In this document: positions 1-9,491 of the stretch, piece after piece
Numbering within the stretch: position 1 is the stretch's first letter
How the letters are laid out: each line of letters opens with the position of its first letter
From: a virus
Lineage: Duplodnaviria > Caudoviricetes
Length of the DNA stretch: 37,547 bases
Strand: one strand, 5' to 3'
Virus record (IMG/VR): IMGVR_UViG_3300044616_000283
Coordinates: 1 to 37,547 of that record
Notes under the pieces: model-generated
Seen by the model: the letters and a program-made list of their open reading frames with translations, nothing else
Databases searched by the model: none
Told to the model about the DNA's origin: nothing
Program-made: the position numbers and the translations under genes

Positions 1-33
1 AACGGCTTCGGCGCTGAGTATGTTCAGGCCTAA
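1..33 (+). CDS. 3' end of upstream gene, probably major capsid protein (partial)
   Basis: Frame 1 reads NGFGAEYVQA-stop. It is followed by a terminator and then tail tubular protein A, the same order as T7 gp10-Tphi-gp11. The call rests on synteny only. Confidence 0.45.
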   Translation, partial: NGFGAEYVQA

Positions 34-105
34 TGATTAATTTATTCTCCATGTCTGTCTGCGAATTCTTATACGCCGATTGATAAGGAGGTGATCAAAT
101 CATCT

Positions 106-149
106 ACCCCCGGCCCCCTTAAGTGGGGGTCGGTGGGTTTTCTCTTTTT
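106..149 (+). terminator. Rho-independent terminator (Tphi-like position)
   Basis: ACCC-CCGGCCCCC-ttaagt-GGGGGTCGG-TGGGT hairpin followed by TTTCTCTTTTT. Confidence 0.8.
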
Positions 150-174
150 AATTTCTACTTTATAGGAGGCTACT

Positions 175-852
175 ATGGGCTTAATTACTAAGCTACAAGC
201 AATTAATCAAATGTTACTAGCTTCAGGTGAGAACCTTGTTGCTGACCTAGAAGGCGAATCTGGTATTGATACTGGAATTGCTGAGACAGTACTTGAACAA
301 ACAAGTATGGACTACCAACTGCGTGGTCTTGCGTCCAATAAGTTTATTCGTAAGTATGAACTAACTACTGATGGTAAGATTATTCTTCCTACTGCTGATG
401 CGGATGAAGAGGGTATTCTTGCTCTGGAGTTAGTTTCTCTTCACTACACTAAAGACGGTGACCAAATAAAGGCAAGAATTCTAAACAACTCTAGTCCCGC
501 TCGCCTATGGAATATCACACAAGATACTGATATCTGGACTAGTGCTGGTGGTCCTTACTATCTAGAGTTTACTATGAAGCTCCCTTGGGAGAATCTTGAG
601 ACTACCGCTCAGAGAGCTATTATGACCACAGCCATGCGTCACTACCAGAGCATCACTCAGGGTGATGATGTTACTGATGCATTCCTTGGCTATCAAGAGC
701 AGCTCTTTTCAATTAAAAATAAATCATCTGATATCAGTGACAAGAAGAAGAACATCTTCTCTTCCAATAATCTTTGGAGAGACAGTCGTTATCGTGCTCG
801 TTATTTCAGTGATCCAAATAGATTTCGGTACTGGAGTACCAGAGGTTATTAA
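175..852 (+). CDS. Tail tubular protein A (T7 gp11-like adaptor)
   Basis: N-terminal 'TKLQAINQMLLASGE' matches the gp11 'L.AVN.ML..IGE' pattern; size 225 aa; GGAGG RBS; position. Confidence 0.85.
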   Translation: MGLITKLQAINQMLLASGENLVADLEGESGIDTGIAETVLEQTSMDYQLRGLASNKFIRKYELTTDGKIILPTADADEEGILALELVSLHYTKDGDQIKARILNNSSPARLWNITQDTDIWTSAGGPYYLEFTMKLPWENLETTAQRAIMTTAMRHYQSITQGDDVTDAFLGYQEQLFSIKNKSSDISDKKKNIFSSNNLWRDSRYRARYFSDPNRFRYWSTRGY

Positions 853-3800
853 TGGCAATGCGAAGAAAAGGACCACAAGCTGGTTTCAATACAACTAAAG
901 TTCCAGTCTACATGACCAACAGCGTAGGGCGGCAGTCTCCTAATAGACGCCAGCCAAACGAAGCAGAGAACATTGACAATGCCCTAGTATCCCTAGAGCG
1001 TAACTTTGAAAAGCGTCCCGGCTTTGAGATTGTTCCCCAGAAGACCGCAGCCAATGCTACTTCATGGGACATTGGCTCTACCGCAACCAGACTAGATCTT
1101 CATACCCTAGCCAATGTAAACGCTAACCATGACCTATGGTACTATTGGTATAACATCAATGAAGATAACACCTTCTTGGTGGTCGTAGACTTTAGTGCTA
1201 CTAGTTCTTCTGAGAATTTATTCTATATCTTTAGAGTTTTTCCTACTGGAACATGGGAAGATCTAACACCAACCAATCAAAATACTGAAGCAGTTGTTTC
1301 TTCCACAAGCCGTGAATATCTAACTTACAATCCAAATAACAAGACAGCAAAGGAATCTCTTAAGGCTGTGTCTTTGGGTTCAAGCATTGTTGTATTAAAT
1401 ACCAATGTAAAGGCTGGCTTTAGTTCAGATACTGCTGGAAAGTTATTTGACCTTAGTGGTACTGCTACTGCTAATGACGATGTTCAAGGTCGCAAAGTTA
1501 CTTATTATACCGCTTCTAAAGTAATTAGAGTTTATCTTACTGGTGATGATGCGTTAAGTGGTACCGGAGATGATATCTTTTTAGGATGGCGTCCCGGTTA
1601 TATTTCTGGGGCTACTACTCAAAACGGTTCTGCAACCCATATCCACTTAGCTGAGAGTGCGTCTCCCATTGATGATACTTATAATAACATGGTTATTAAA
1701 GTTACATCTAAAACAACAGGAGTTGTACAAACTAGAACAATTTTAGATTATACTGGATCTACTAGACAAGTTACAATATCAGGTAATAGTTTTAATCCAC
1801 ATCCAAACACAGGAGATGGTTATCTAGTTGAAATTACAGGTGCTGATTATATTCCAGCAGAGGATTATTTTTATTCTGATGCTGCTAAGTCTTATCTTGG
1901 TCAAAAAGTAAACGACATCTCAGATATAAAGTTACCACCAGAAGCAGACGATTGGTTTGCAAATAATGAAAAGCTTACTACTACTACAGATAATAAAGCT
2001 AGGGAAATGTTGCGATTATTATACGATCCCGATACAACCTTAAATAATATTATTGATGGTCGTGGTAAAATTTTCTTTATGGTTAATCCATATCTAAATA
2101 CAACTTCAGGTTTCTATAGAGTTGTTTCTTGGAATCCTACAGATAAAACATTTTACTACGATTCTTCAAAGGTTATCTATACTACAAGTGGTTCTGGTCG
2201 TACCCTTATAACAAGCCAAGGGCGCCCTTATCTTCAAAAGGTAAGAACACCAGACGAACACTCTGTCATTGATTATCGAAGAATGCCTCAGAAGATTGTA
2301 GTATCTATTGATGCTTCTAATGTAACAAACTGGAAGATCGAACCAATTAAGTGGACGGCTAGAACAACCGGAGATAAAACAACTAATCCCGGTCCTAGTA
2401 TCTTTAAGACTGTAGATCGTAAGTCTCTTAGACATCCAAGTATCACTGGCCTCGCTGTCTTCAAGGATAGACTATGGTTCTCTGCTGACGATGTTATCTT
2501 CTGTTCACAAATGGGTGAGTATGAGAATCTATTTCTAGACGATCCTTCAAACATTGTAACTACAGATCCTATTGATATTCGTGTCTCTTCAAACAACTAC
2601 TGTGAAATTACCAGTATGACTCCCTTTGAAGAGTATATGTTTATCAATACCAAGGCAAACATTCAGTTCCAACTAATGACTGCCAATGGTCAAGAGATGT
2701 CTCCAACCAATGTGGCTATTGCCCCAGTAACATACTATGGCACTGCTCCTATTCTTGATCCACAGTTCATTGGCTCTCGGCTTTACTTCTTTGATTCTCA
2801 GCGGCTCTTCTTATTTACAGGTAAGGGTACCATGGGATATGCCTCAGCAGCCGAAGTATCCACAGGAGCCATGGGCTATCTACCAAAGAACTATAGAACT
2901 GCAGCTACGGCTCCTTCACAGGATACTCTGTTGTTCGTAGATGATGACAATCGAAACCATATCTATGGTTACATCAATAGATTCAGCGGTGACCGCGTTA
3001 TTCAAAATTCTTTCTATCGTTATATTCTTGCTGAAGAAGAGTCTATTGAAACTCTTAAGTGCTATAATAACTATATGTATGTTCTTAGTAAGCGAGAGAC
3101 TGCTGCTGGCAGTGGAACCTATAAGTACTACTTATACCGCAACTACATGATTACTGAAGATGTGTATGTTCCTCGTCTAGATCGAATGTTTAAGATGAAG
3201 ATCATTAACTCAGATAGTCAGCCAGTAAACTATAATGCTAAGTATGATCCTTATTCAGCAATGACTACTTATCGTATTCCCGGACATACCGATATTACAG
3301 ATATTGAAAAATATTTTGTTGTGCTATCTAAGGGATGGTATAATAATGGAAGTAGTAGTGAAGAAGATCTTAGCAATGTTGCTATTCAGCCTTATAGTGT
3401 AACAAATAAAACAGACGACTCAAATAATCCTTATACTGAGATTGTAGTTATTGGTGCAAATTACGCAATTGATGGTTACTATGTTTACATCGGTATTAAG
3501 TACAAGATGAATGTAGAACTAAGTACTCTCTTTGTACGCGATGAAAACAATAACATCATTGACGGTGTGTTGAATATCCGTAGTGCTATCTTCAGACATT
3601 ACTATACTGGTCCTTATGATATCGAAGTAACTCATCGTGGTCGAACAGCGTTTACCACTAGTTACATCCCAACAAGACCAGATTACACGGTCTACGAAGA
3701 TCCTCTTCCTTTGGAGATATTCCAAAAACAAGGAGAGTTTGTTTCCAAGATTGTTGGATACTCAGACTCCTTGGTAATTAAAATCACAAGTGAATATCCT

Positions 3801-3872
3801 ACTCCTGTTAATATTACAAACATGGAGTTCAAAGGAAAGTTCAAACAAAAGTATACAACAATTGATACTTAA
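852..3872 (+). CDS. Tail tubular protein B (T7 gp12-like nozzle)
   Basis: 'SVGRQSPNRRQPNEAENIDN...FEKRPG', 'WTARTTGDKTTNPGPS', 'FKDRLWF', 'DPIDI' and C-terminal 'SEYPTPVNITNMEFKG' resemble gp12-family motifs; translationally coupled to tubular protein A. Confidence 0.88.
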   Translation: MAMRRKGPQAGFNTTKVPVYMTNSVGRQSPNRRQPNEAENIDNALVSLERNFEKRPGFEIVPQKTAANATSWDIGSTATRLDLHTLANVNANHDLWYYWYNINEDNTFLVVVDFSATSSSENLFYIFRVFPTGTWEDLTPTNQNTEAVVSSTSREYLTYNPNNKTAKESLKAVSLGSSIVVLNTNVKAGFSSDTAGKLFDLSGTATANDDVQGRKVTYYTASKVIRVYLTGDDALSGTGDDIFLGWRPGYISGATTQNGSATHIHLAESASPIDDTYNNMVIKVTSKTTGVVQTRTILDYTGSTRQVTISGNSFNPHPNTGDGYLVEITGADYIPAEDYFYSDAAKSYLGQKVNDISDIKLPPEADDWFANNEKLTTTTDNKAREMLRLLYDPDTTLNNIIDGRGKIFFMVNPYLNTTSGFYRVVSWNPTDKTFYYDSSKVIYTTSGSGRTLITSQGRPYLQKVRTPDEHSVIDYRRMPQKIVVSIDASNVTNWKIEPIKWTARTTGDKTTNPGPSIFKTVDRKSLRHPSITGLAVFKDRLWFSADDVIFCSQMGEYENLFLDDPSNIVTTDPIDIRVSSNNYCEITSMTPFEEYMFINTKANIQFQLMTANGQEMSPTNVAIAPVTYYGTAPILDPQFIGSRLYFFDSQRLFLFTGKGTMGYASAAEVSTGAMGYLPKNYRTAATAPSQDTLLFVDDDNRNHIYGYINRFSGDRVIQNSFYRYILAEEESIETLKCYNNYMYVLSKRETAAGSGTYKYYLYRNYMITEDVYVPRLDRMFKMKIINSDSQPVNYNAKYDPYSAMTTYRIPGHTDITDIEKYFVVLSKGWYNNGSSSEEDLSNVAIQPYSVTNKTDDSNNPYTEIVVIGANYAIDGYYVYIGIKYKMNVELSTLFVRDENNNIIDGVLNIRSAIFRHYYTGPYDIEVTHRGRTAFTTSYIPTRPDYTVYEDPLPLEIFQKQGEFVSKIVGYSDSLVIKITSEYPTPVNITNMEFKGKFKQKYTTIDT

Positions 3873-3883
3873 CGGAGACATAC

Positions 3884-6800
3884 ATGGCAACATATGACAA
3901 TTTAAATATAGCAACAACAACGCTGACCTTTGATGGTAATGGAAATACTTCCGTTGCTTCGGGTACATTTGATTTAAGTACATTAAACTTTTTACCTAAT
4001 GTTCCTCTTATTGATCAGATTGAAGTAGAGCGTGTTTTTGATACAGGATATGACACTAAGTTTGGTGCTTATGCGTTTACTATTGCTGATCGTAGGCAGA
4101 TGTTTATCTTTCCAAAAGATTGGTATACAATCAATGAACAGACGAAAGTATTAACATTTAAAGATCTTAGTACCATTCCACTTAAGACTAGTAATAATTT
4201 AGATTATCCTTATTCTAGAACTTATACCTTAGTAAGTACATTGACAATTGATATTCCAGTTGTTCAAGCTTCTTACTCCAGCGTAAATGGTATTGTTAGA
4301 CAAGCAGATATAGTTTATATCCGCCGTAAGACACCCTCAATCAATAGTATTGTTACTTTTGCTCCCGGTACTCGCTTGACTACAACTCAGTTAAACCTGC
4401 AGTTTGATCAGCTAAAGTATATTGTACAAGAATTGGCAGCAAAGTTCCGTAATGAAGCTATTTTAAAGTATGATGAAAATGCTACAGATGGTCCCTTCCT
4501 TGGACAAGGCGATCTGAAGATGAATAACAACTATATTAAAGATGTTAATTCTCCAGCATTTACTCAACTTGGAACTTCTATTGCAGATAACACAAACACT
4601 ACTTTTAACGCTTCTACCTTCCTTATCAATTTAGATACATTAGGTGATGCGATTATTAATGGTACTCTGCATAGAACTGGTGTTGATAGTTCTCCTCCAA
4701 CATTTACTGGAGACTATACTGCAGGTAATCGTAAATTAATAAACTTAAGTGATGGTACATTAGTTACAGATGCAGCTACTATTGGTCAAATTCAAAACGC
4801 CAATAACATAACAACAGGCACACTTAGTGCTGCAAGAATTGGTGATGGTACTCTTTCTTTAGGAAAGCTTTCACAAGCGGCTGGTCAAAACTATGTCTTG
4901 CCTTCAGATGCTCTTCCTGTAGCAAACAGCTTGAGTTCAACTACAGCCTTTGGTGCTAGCACTGGTAGCAATACCAATAATATGCTATACGCATCTGTAG
5001 ATACTAAGGGAAGAATTACTTCTATTGGTCATCGCAGCCTAGTTACCGCAGATCTACCTGATACATTAGTAACCCCCGGAACCTATGGTGATGGTTCTAC
5101 AGTTCTTACACAGATAACCGTAGATAGCAAGGGCCGCATTACTGGGGCACAAGAAAGTTCTATTAGTGCTTCAAATATTACTTCTGTTAATGCTAGCGCA
5201 GTTACTGGTGCTCTTACTTCAGGTAACCTCCCATCGGGAGTAGTAACTGCGGGTGTTACTAGCATCCCCAATAGCATCACTGTCGATACCTATGGTCGTG
5301 TGACTTCCGTATCCGGCGGTAGTATTACAGCTAGTAATGTTTCCAATTTTAATAGCGCAGTCCAAACAAATAGACTTGATCAAATGGCGGCTCCTACAGC
5401 AGCTGTAAGTCTTAATAACCAAAAGATTACAAACCTAGATACACCATCTGCTAATGGAGATGCGGCTACTAAAGGATATGTAGATACAAACTTTACTAAA
5501 ACTGTAGATCTTAATACACCTATTGATAATCGTCTACAAACAAACTCTGTTTACTTATCAGCTACTGGTATATTAAATGCAGGTGGTAAACCAATTACCA
5601 ATGTTGGAGCCACAACCAACGCTAATGATGCAGTCACAAAGAGTTACTTAGAAGCCAATGCAATCTATGCAACTGGCACTAATCTAAGTGCGGGTAATAA
5701 ATATCTTACTGATTTAATTATGCGTCCGAGTGGCTCATTGTCAGCCAATGATGCAGTTAACTTTGGTTATATTGAAACCGCAATTTTAAATGCAGGAGGA
5801 CAACAACTAGTTGGTACTTCTTCTCCTCAGGTTTTCAAACAAACTTGGGCATCGGCTACTAATATCTCGGCATTCAATACTCCTTTTACTGGTTATTATA
5901 GATATCAGTTTAATTTTGTAGATCCCGGAAATCCATTATACGCAACTAGTGCAACAATGATGCTAGTTGAAGGTACTGGTGGTACTAGAGTCTTTACTCC
6001 TAATCTAGCTAATGCTACTGCTGGTACTGTCTATGATGGTTACTTCTGGTTAGATACTAGTGGTGGTACAACTAAAGTATTAAATGTATATGTTAATAGC
6101 ACACCAACAAATGATATTACAATTAGAAACTTTGGTTTATCTCGCATTGTAGCTGGTGGAACAGCCACAACTAGCTCAACTGGTTTAGTATCTATTGCTT
6201 CTGGTAATGATGGTGGTATTAGTGTATCTGGTGCGGGTGCTATTGCAATAATTCCTGCTACCTCCTCTCAACTTGGCGGTCTAAAGTTAGGCACAGGCTT
6301 AAGTGCAGGTACTGGTGGTACTGTAAATGTTGCTTTTCCAATCGCTAATAATACTACCCTTGGTCAAGTTTTTGTTCCTGCTGTTGCTACAAGTGGTCTG
6401 AATTTAAACACCACAACAGGTGCTCTATCTTTATCCACAGCATCCTCAACACAACTTGGTGGTGTTAGAATTGATGATACCGCTGGCTTGACAAATACAA
6501 GTGGTTTAATTTCAGTAACACGAAGTGATTCTACTAGTAGTACTTCTACTACAACACTAGCTAACTCTAAGGCAGTGAATGACCTGCGTGGCTTAACCGT
6601 GCTACGCGATGGTACTCAGGCTATGAGTGGAAAGCTAACCGCAGTTGCATCAACCACAAGCATTGCAAGTCTAAACTTGCCTTCAGGCGTGGCCCCAAAC
6701 TCTCCTGTTATTGGCGATGTTTGGAATCAAAGCGGTACACTAAAGTTACGCACTGATAGCAGCACAACCAAGGATATTGCTTTTACAGATAGTTCTATTA

Positions 6801-8296
6801 CTGGTAATGCAGCAACTGCTACTAAGCTAGCTGCTACAAAGAATATTACTTTGTCTGGAGCAGTAACAAGTAGTGCTACGGCATTTGATGGTTCAAGTAA
6901 TATTACAATATCTACCACTCTTGCGACTGGTCAGGCTGTTACAAGCCTAGCGTCTTCTGACATGACAGTCTCTGCTTCAACTGGATCAGTAACACTAACG
7001 CTACCTCAGAGCATCAGCACTTCTAGTAGTGTTACATTTAATAAAGCTACTCTTGGTAATATTCGTATTAGCAATACTGCAAATCAGATTGATACTTCTT
7101 CTGGTAATCTAATTTTAGATTCTACAGGCGGAACCACAACAATCAATGATAACACCAGTATTGCTGGTTCATTGGCTGTTACTGGTACTAACACTACTTC
7201 CCTTGGTGGTGCAGTGACTCTTGGTGATAGCCTTGCTTTAACCACAGCTGCTGCTAAGGTTGCCCTTGGTGGAACAGCCGCCGCAGCCACAACCTCCATT
7301 GAGCGTATTGGAACTGCTTCTGGTGTAGTTGGAGTTGGTGATATTGTTATGCGAACTCCTGCTAGCCGCAAAGCATATCTAGTATCAAATGATACACCTA
7401 CAACTGCAGCTACTGCTAATGATGTTATTATTACAGAAACTGCATTAGCAAGTAGAATTAGTGGCTTAAGTAGTACATACATGTCTAATGCTGGCGTTGT
7501 CAATAGTGCAGGAAGTCAAACTTTTGGTTCGTCTGCTTCCAGTGGTGCAGTGTTTATACAGACTGGTAATCCAACCCCCGCTACTCAAGTAACTGTTGCA
7601 GCTAATGGTAGCGTTACTCTTGAAAAAGCGCTTACTGTAGTAACAGGTGGTGTTGCAATTAACGCAGGTGGTCTAACTGTTGGTACTAGTGGTACTGGTA
7701 ATACAGCTACTGTTTATGGACCACTAGTTGTAAATGGAACAATCAGTGGCGTTTCAACACCCACTGCATCTGGTCATGCTGCTACTAAAGGTTATGTAGA
7801 TACTTATAATGACAGTGTTTCTATAGCTTCAGTATATACACCAGTGCGTAAAGCTTATTTAACGCAGCCTATTACTTCTTATAAAGTAGCGGCTTTAAAC
7901 CAAGCTAATGACATTACTATTAGTACTTCTGGTTTTACAATAGGTGTTCCAGAGTATTTTCCACTAAGACAAAGTGGTGGAACACGCACTGTTAGTTTAA
8001 GTATAGCTGCTAATCATAAGATTGTACTCCTCTATAAGTATTCTTCATCTGATCCCGTAAGTGGACTTGTACTTACTACTGCAACAGTGTCTGTTTTACT
8101 ACCAGATACTATTACAGGTTTATCAGAAATTTTAGCAAAAAGAACTACTTCTACTTCTGTTACTTCTGGTACATTTACTAAATTGTCTTTGGGTACAATT
8201 TGGGATGGTGGAGCAACCGGAACAACAGTTACTTTAGGAAGTGGTAGTATAAGTACTGCACACAACCATGATTTTGTTTTAATGCGTATTGCTTAA
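3884..8296 (+). CDS. Long tail fibre protein with T7 gp17-type N-terminal anchor
   Basis: 'YIRRKTP...VTFAPGTRLTTTQLNLQFDQLKYIVQE' is a gp17 N-terminal-like segment. Repeated DAATKGYVD/DAVN necks, VDxxGR(I/V)T repeats and AssxQLGGxxx repeats; S/T/G/A-rich. Confidence 0.85.
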   Translation: MATYDNLNIATTTLTFDGNGNTSVASGTFDLSTLNFLPNVPLIDQIEVERVFDTGYDTKFGAYAFTIADRRQMFIFPKDWYTINEQTKVLTFKDLSTIPLKTSNNLDYPYSRTYTLVSTLTIDIPVVQASYSSVNGIVRQADIVYIRRKTPSINSIVTFAPGTRLTTTQLNLQFDQLKYIVQELAAKFRNEAILKYDENATDGPFLGQGDLKMNNNYIKDVNSPAFTQLGTSIADNTNTTFNASTFLINLDTLGDAIINGTLHRTGVDSSPPTFTGDYTAGNRKLINLSDGTLVTDAATIGQIQNANNITTGTLSAARIGDGTLSLGKLSQAAGQNYVLPSDALPVANSLSSTTAFGASTGSNTNNMLYASVDTKGRITSIGHRSLVTADLPDTLVTPGTYGDGSTVLTQITVDSKGRITGAQESSISASNITSVNASAVTGALTSGNLPSGVVTAGVTSIPNSITVDTYGRVTSVSGGSITASNVSNFNSAVQTNRLDQMAAPTAAVSLNNQKITNLDTPSANGDAATKGYVDTNFTKTVDLNTPIDNRLQTNSVYLSATGILNAGGKPITNVGATTNANDAVTKSYLEANAIYATGTNLSAGNKYLTDLIMRPSGSLSANDAVNFGYIETAILNAGGQQLVGTSSPQVFKQTWASATNISAFNTPFTGYYRYQFNFVDPGNPLYATSATMMLVEGTGGTRVFTPNLANATAGTVYDGYFWLDTSGGTTKVLNVYVNSTPTNDITIRNFGLSRIVAGGTATTSSTGLVSIASGNDGGISVSGAGAIAIIPATSSQLGGLKLGTGLSAGTGGTVNVAFPIANNTTLGQVFVPAVATSGLNLNTTTGALSLSTASSTQLGGVRIDDTAGLTNTSGLISVTRSDSTSSTSTTTLANSKAVNDLRGLTVLRDGTQAMSGKLTAVASTTSIASLNLPSGVAPNSPVIGDVWNQSGTLKLRTDSSTTKDIAFTDSSITGNAATATKLAATKNITLSGAVTSSATAFDGSSNITISTTLATGQAVTSLASSDMTVSASTGSVTLTLPQSISTSSSVTFNKATLGNIRISNTANQIDTSSGNLILDSTGGTTTINDNTSIAGSLAVTGTNTTSLGGAVTLGDSLALTTAAAKVALGGTAAAATTSIERIGTASGVVGVGDIVMRTPASRKAYLVSNDTPTTAATANDVIITETALASRISGLSSTYMSNAGVVNSAGSQTFGSSASSGAVFIQTGNPTPATQVTVAANGSVTLEKALTVVTGGVAINAGGLTVGTSGTGNTATVYGPLVVNGTISGVSTPTASGHAATKGYVDTYNDSVSIASVYTPVRKAYLTQPITSYKVAALNQANDITISTSGFTIGVPEYFPLRQSGGTRTVSLSIAANHKIVLLYKYSSSDPVSGLVLTTATVSVLLPDTITGLSEILAKRTTSTSVTSGTFTKLSLGTIWDGGATGTTVTLGSGSISTAHNHDFVLMRIA

Positions 8297-8306
8297 GGAG
8301 TAAACA

Positions 8307-8561
8307 ATGACAGAGAATAACCTTGCACTATCTGTTTCGTTTATGCAGTTGGCTATTCTCACCATTGGTGTGGTCACTGTGATTGTCAGACTAGGTAAGC
8401 GAGAAGCCTTGATTGAATCTAATGCCGATGAGCTTAGACAACTCAAGGAAATAACCAAAGACTTAGTAAAGGCTGATATTGAAAATGGAAAGAGTATCAT
8501 AACCGTCATAGGAGATCTCAAGGCACTACGCTATCGTGTAGAAATGCTGGAGTCTAAGTAA
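8307..8561 (+). CDS. Small membrane protein (N-terminal TM + coiled coil), holin/lysis-associated candidate
   Basis: One hydrophobic helix (aa ~6-28) followed by heptad-rich sequence; AGGAG RBS; lies between tail fibre and terminase like T7 lysis genes. Confidence 0.5.
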   Translation: MTENNLALSVSFMQLAILTIGVVTVIVRLGKREALIESNADELRQLKEITKDLVKADIENGKSIITVIGDLKALRYRVEMLESK

Positions 8562-9031
8562 TGCGTTATCTATTCTGGTTGGTTGCTTTAGCTGGATGTT
8601 CTTCCACACAGGAGATATCCACAAGCAATCACTATATTCAACAAGAGGCTATGGCTATTATTCAAACCACGGATATCAAAGCTGCTCACAAGCATGCCCA
8701 CAATATCCTTGGTGAATCTACTGACATAGCAGGAGCCGTTGGCAATGTAAAAGACATCACGCCGTGGTGGGGAGATATGTTAAGCTATGGTTTCATAGCC
8801 TTGGCTATCATTGGTATCTGTGTATTGTTGTGGTACACAGGTATCGGAACTCTAATTCAAAAAATCGTTTATTCATTAGGTCTATTCATCCCAGAGAAGA
8901 AGATTCAACAGGCCAAGGTACTTGCCGAGGCCAAGGATGAAACAGACCCCACAACAATTCGTGAAGCAATTGCAGTACTACGGGCATCAGATCCCGCATT
9001 CAATGCTGCATATAAGAAAGTAGAAGGATAA
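8561..9031 (+). CDS. Lipoprotein with internal TM helix, spanin candidate
   Basis: Lipobox 'LAGC' after a short signal peptide (MRYLFWLVALAGC); second hydrophobic segment 'LSYGFIALAIIGICVLLWYTGI'. Confidence 0.6.
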   Translation: MRYLFWLVALAGCSSTQEISTSNHYIQQEAMAIIQTTDIKAAHKHAHNILGESTDIAGAVGNVKDITPWWGDMLSYGFIALAIIGICVLLWYTGIGTLIQKIVYSLGLFIPEKKIQQAKVLAEAKDETDPTTIREAIAVLRASDPAFNAAYKKVEG

Positions 9032-9036
9032 TAATT

Positions 9037-9150
9037 ATGGAATCATTCCTAGGTTCAGTTTGGTTTGCTCTCATGCTCTTCGTAGTAGGCTATGTTGCGG
9101 GTTCAGTCGTTCCCGTAAGTAAGCTTCCTGAGTTGTTCAAGAAGAAGTGA
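9037..9150 (+). CDS. 37-aa single-TM membrane protein (not in ORF track)
   Basis: MESFLGSVWFALMLFVVGYVAGSVVPVSKLPELFKKK; fills the gap exactly and its TGA overlaps the GTG start of the next gene; basic C-terminus. Confidence 0.6.
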   Translation: MESFLGSVWFALMLFVVGYVAGSVVPVSKLPELFKKK

Positions 9151-9371
9151 ATCCAGAACTAATCAATTTATTGAACTCTCGTCTTATTGAGCGTCTATTG
9201 GACGATCTCAAGGACGATACAAAGAGTACCCCCGGACTATACCAAGTCATTCGTGGCGTGGTAAACGACAACCGAGAGGTGCTAGATGGCATTCCCTCCA
9301 GTACCCTCAATACCCTTGAGGATACCATGAAGGCCAAGATGCCATTCAAGTTTAAGTCTACTCAGATTTAA
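9147..9371 (+). CDS. Putative terminase small subunit (T7 gp18-like)
   Basis: 74-aa helical protein 'LLDDLKDDTKSTPGLYQVIRGVVNDN' directly upstream of TerL; pattern resembles gp18. Confidence 0.6.
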   Translation: MNPELINLLNSRLIERLLDDLKDDTKSTPGLYQVIRGVVNDNREVLDGIPSSTLNTLEDTMKAKMPFKFKSTQI

Positions 9372-9377
9372 AGATCA

Positions 9378-9409
9378 CCCTAGGGGGCTTAATTGCTCCC
9401 TAGGGCTTT
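9378..9409 (+). terminator. Hairpin (possible weak terminator or processing site) between terS and terL
   Basis: CCCTAGGGGGC-ttaatt-GCTCCCTAGGG followed by only a short CTTT tail. Confidence 0.45.
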
Positions 9410-9491
9410 CCATGTGCCCAAGGCTACCCAGATAGCCTGAGGCTGTTAGAATCGTTTATAGGGCATTCTAGGCCCCGTAGAAAGGAAACCT

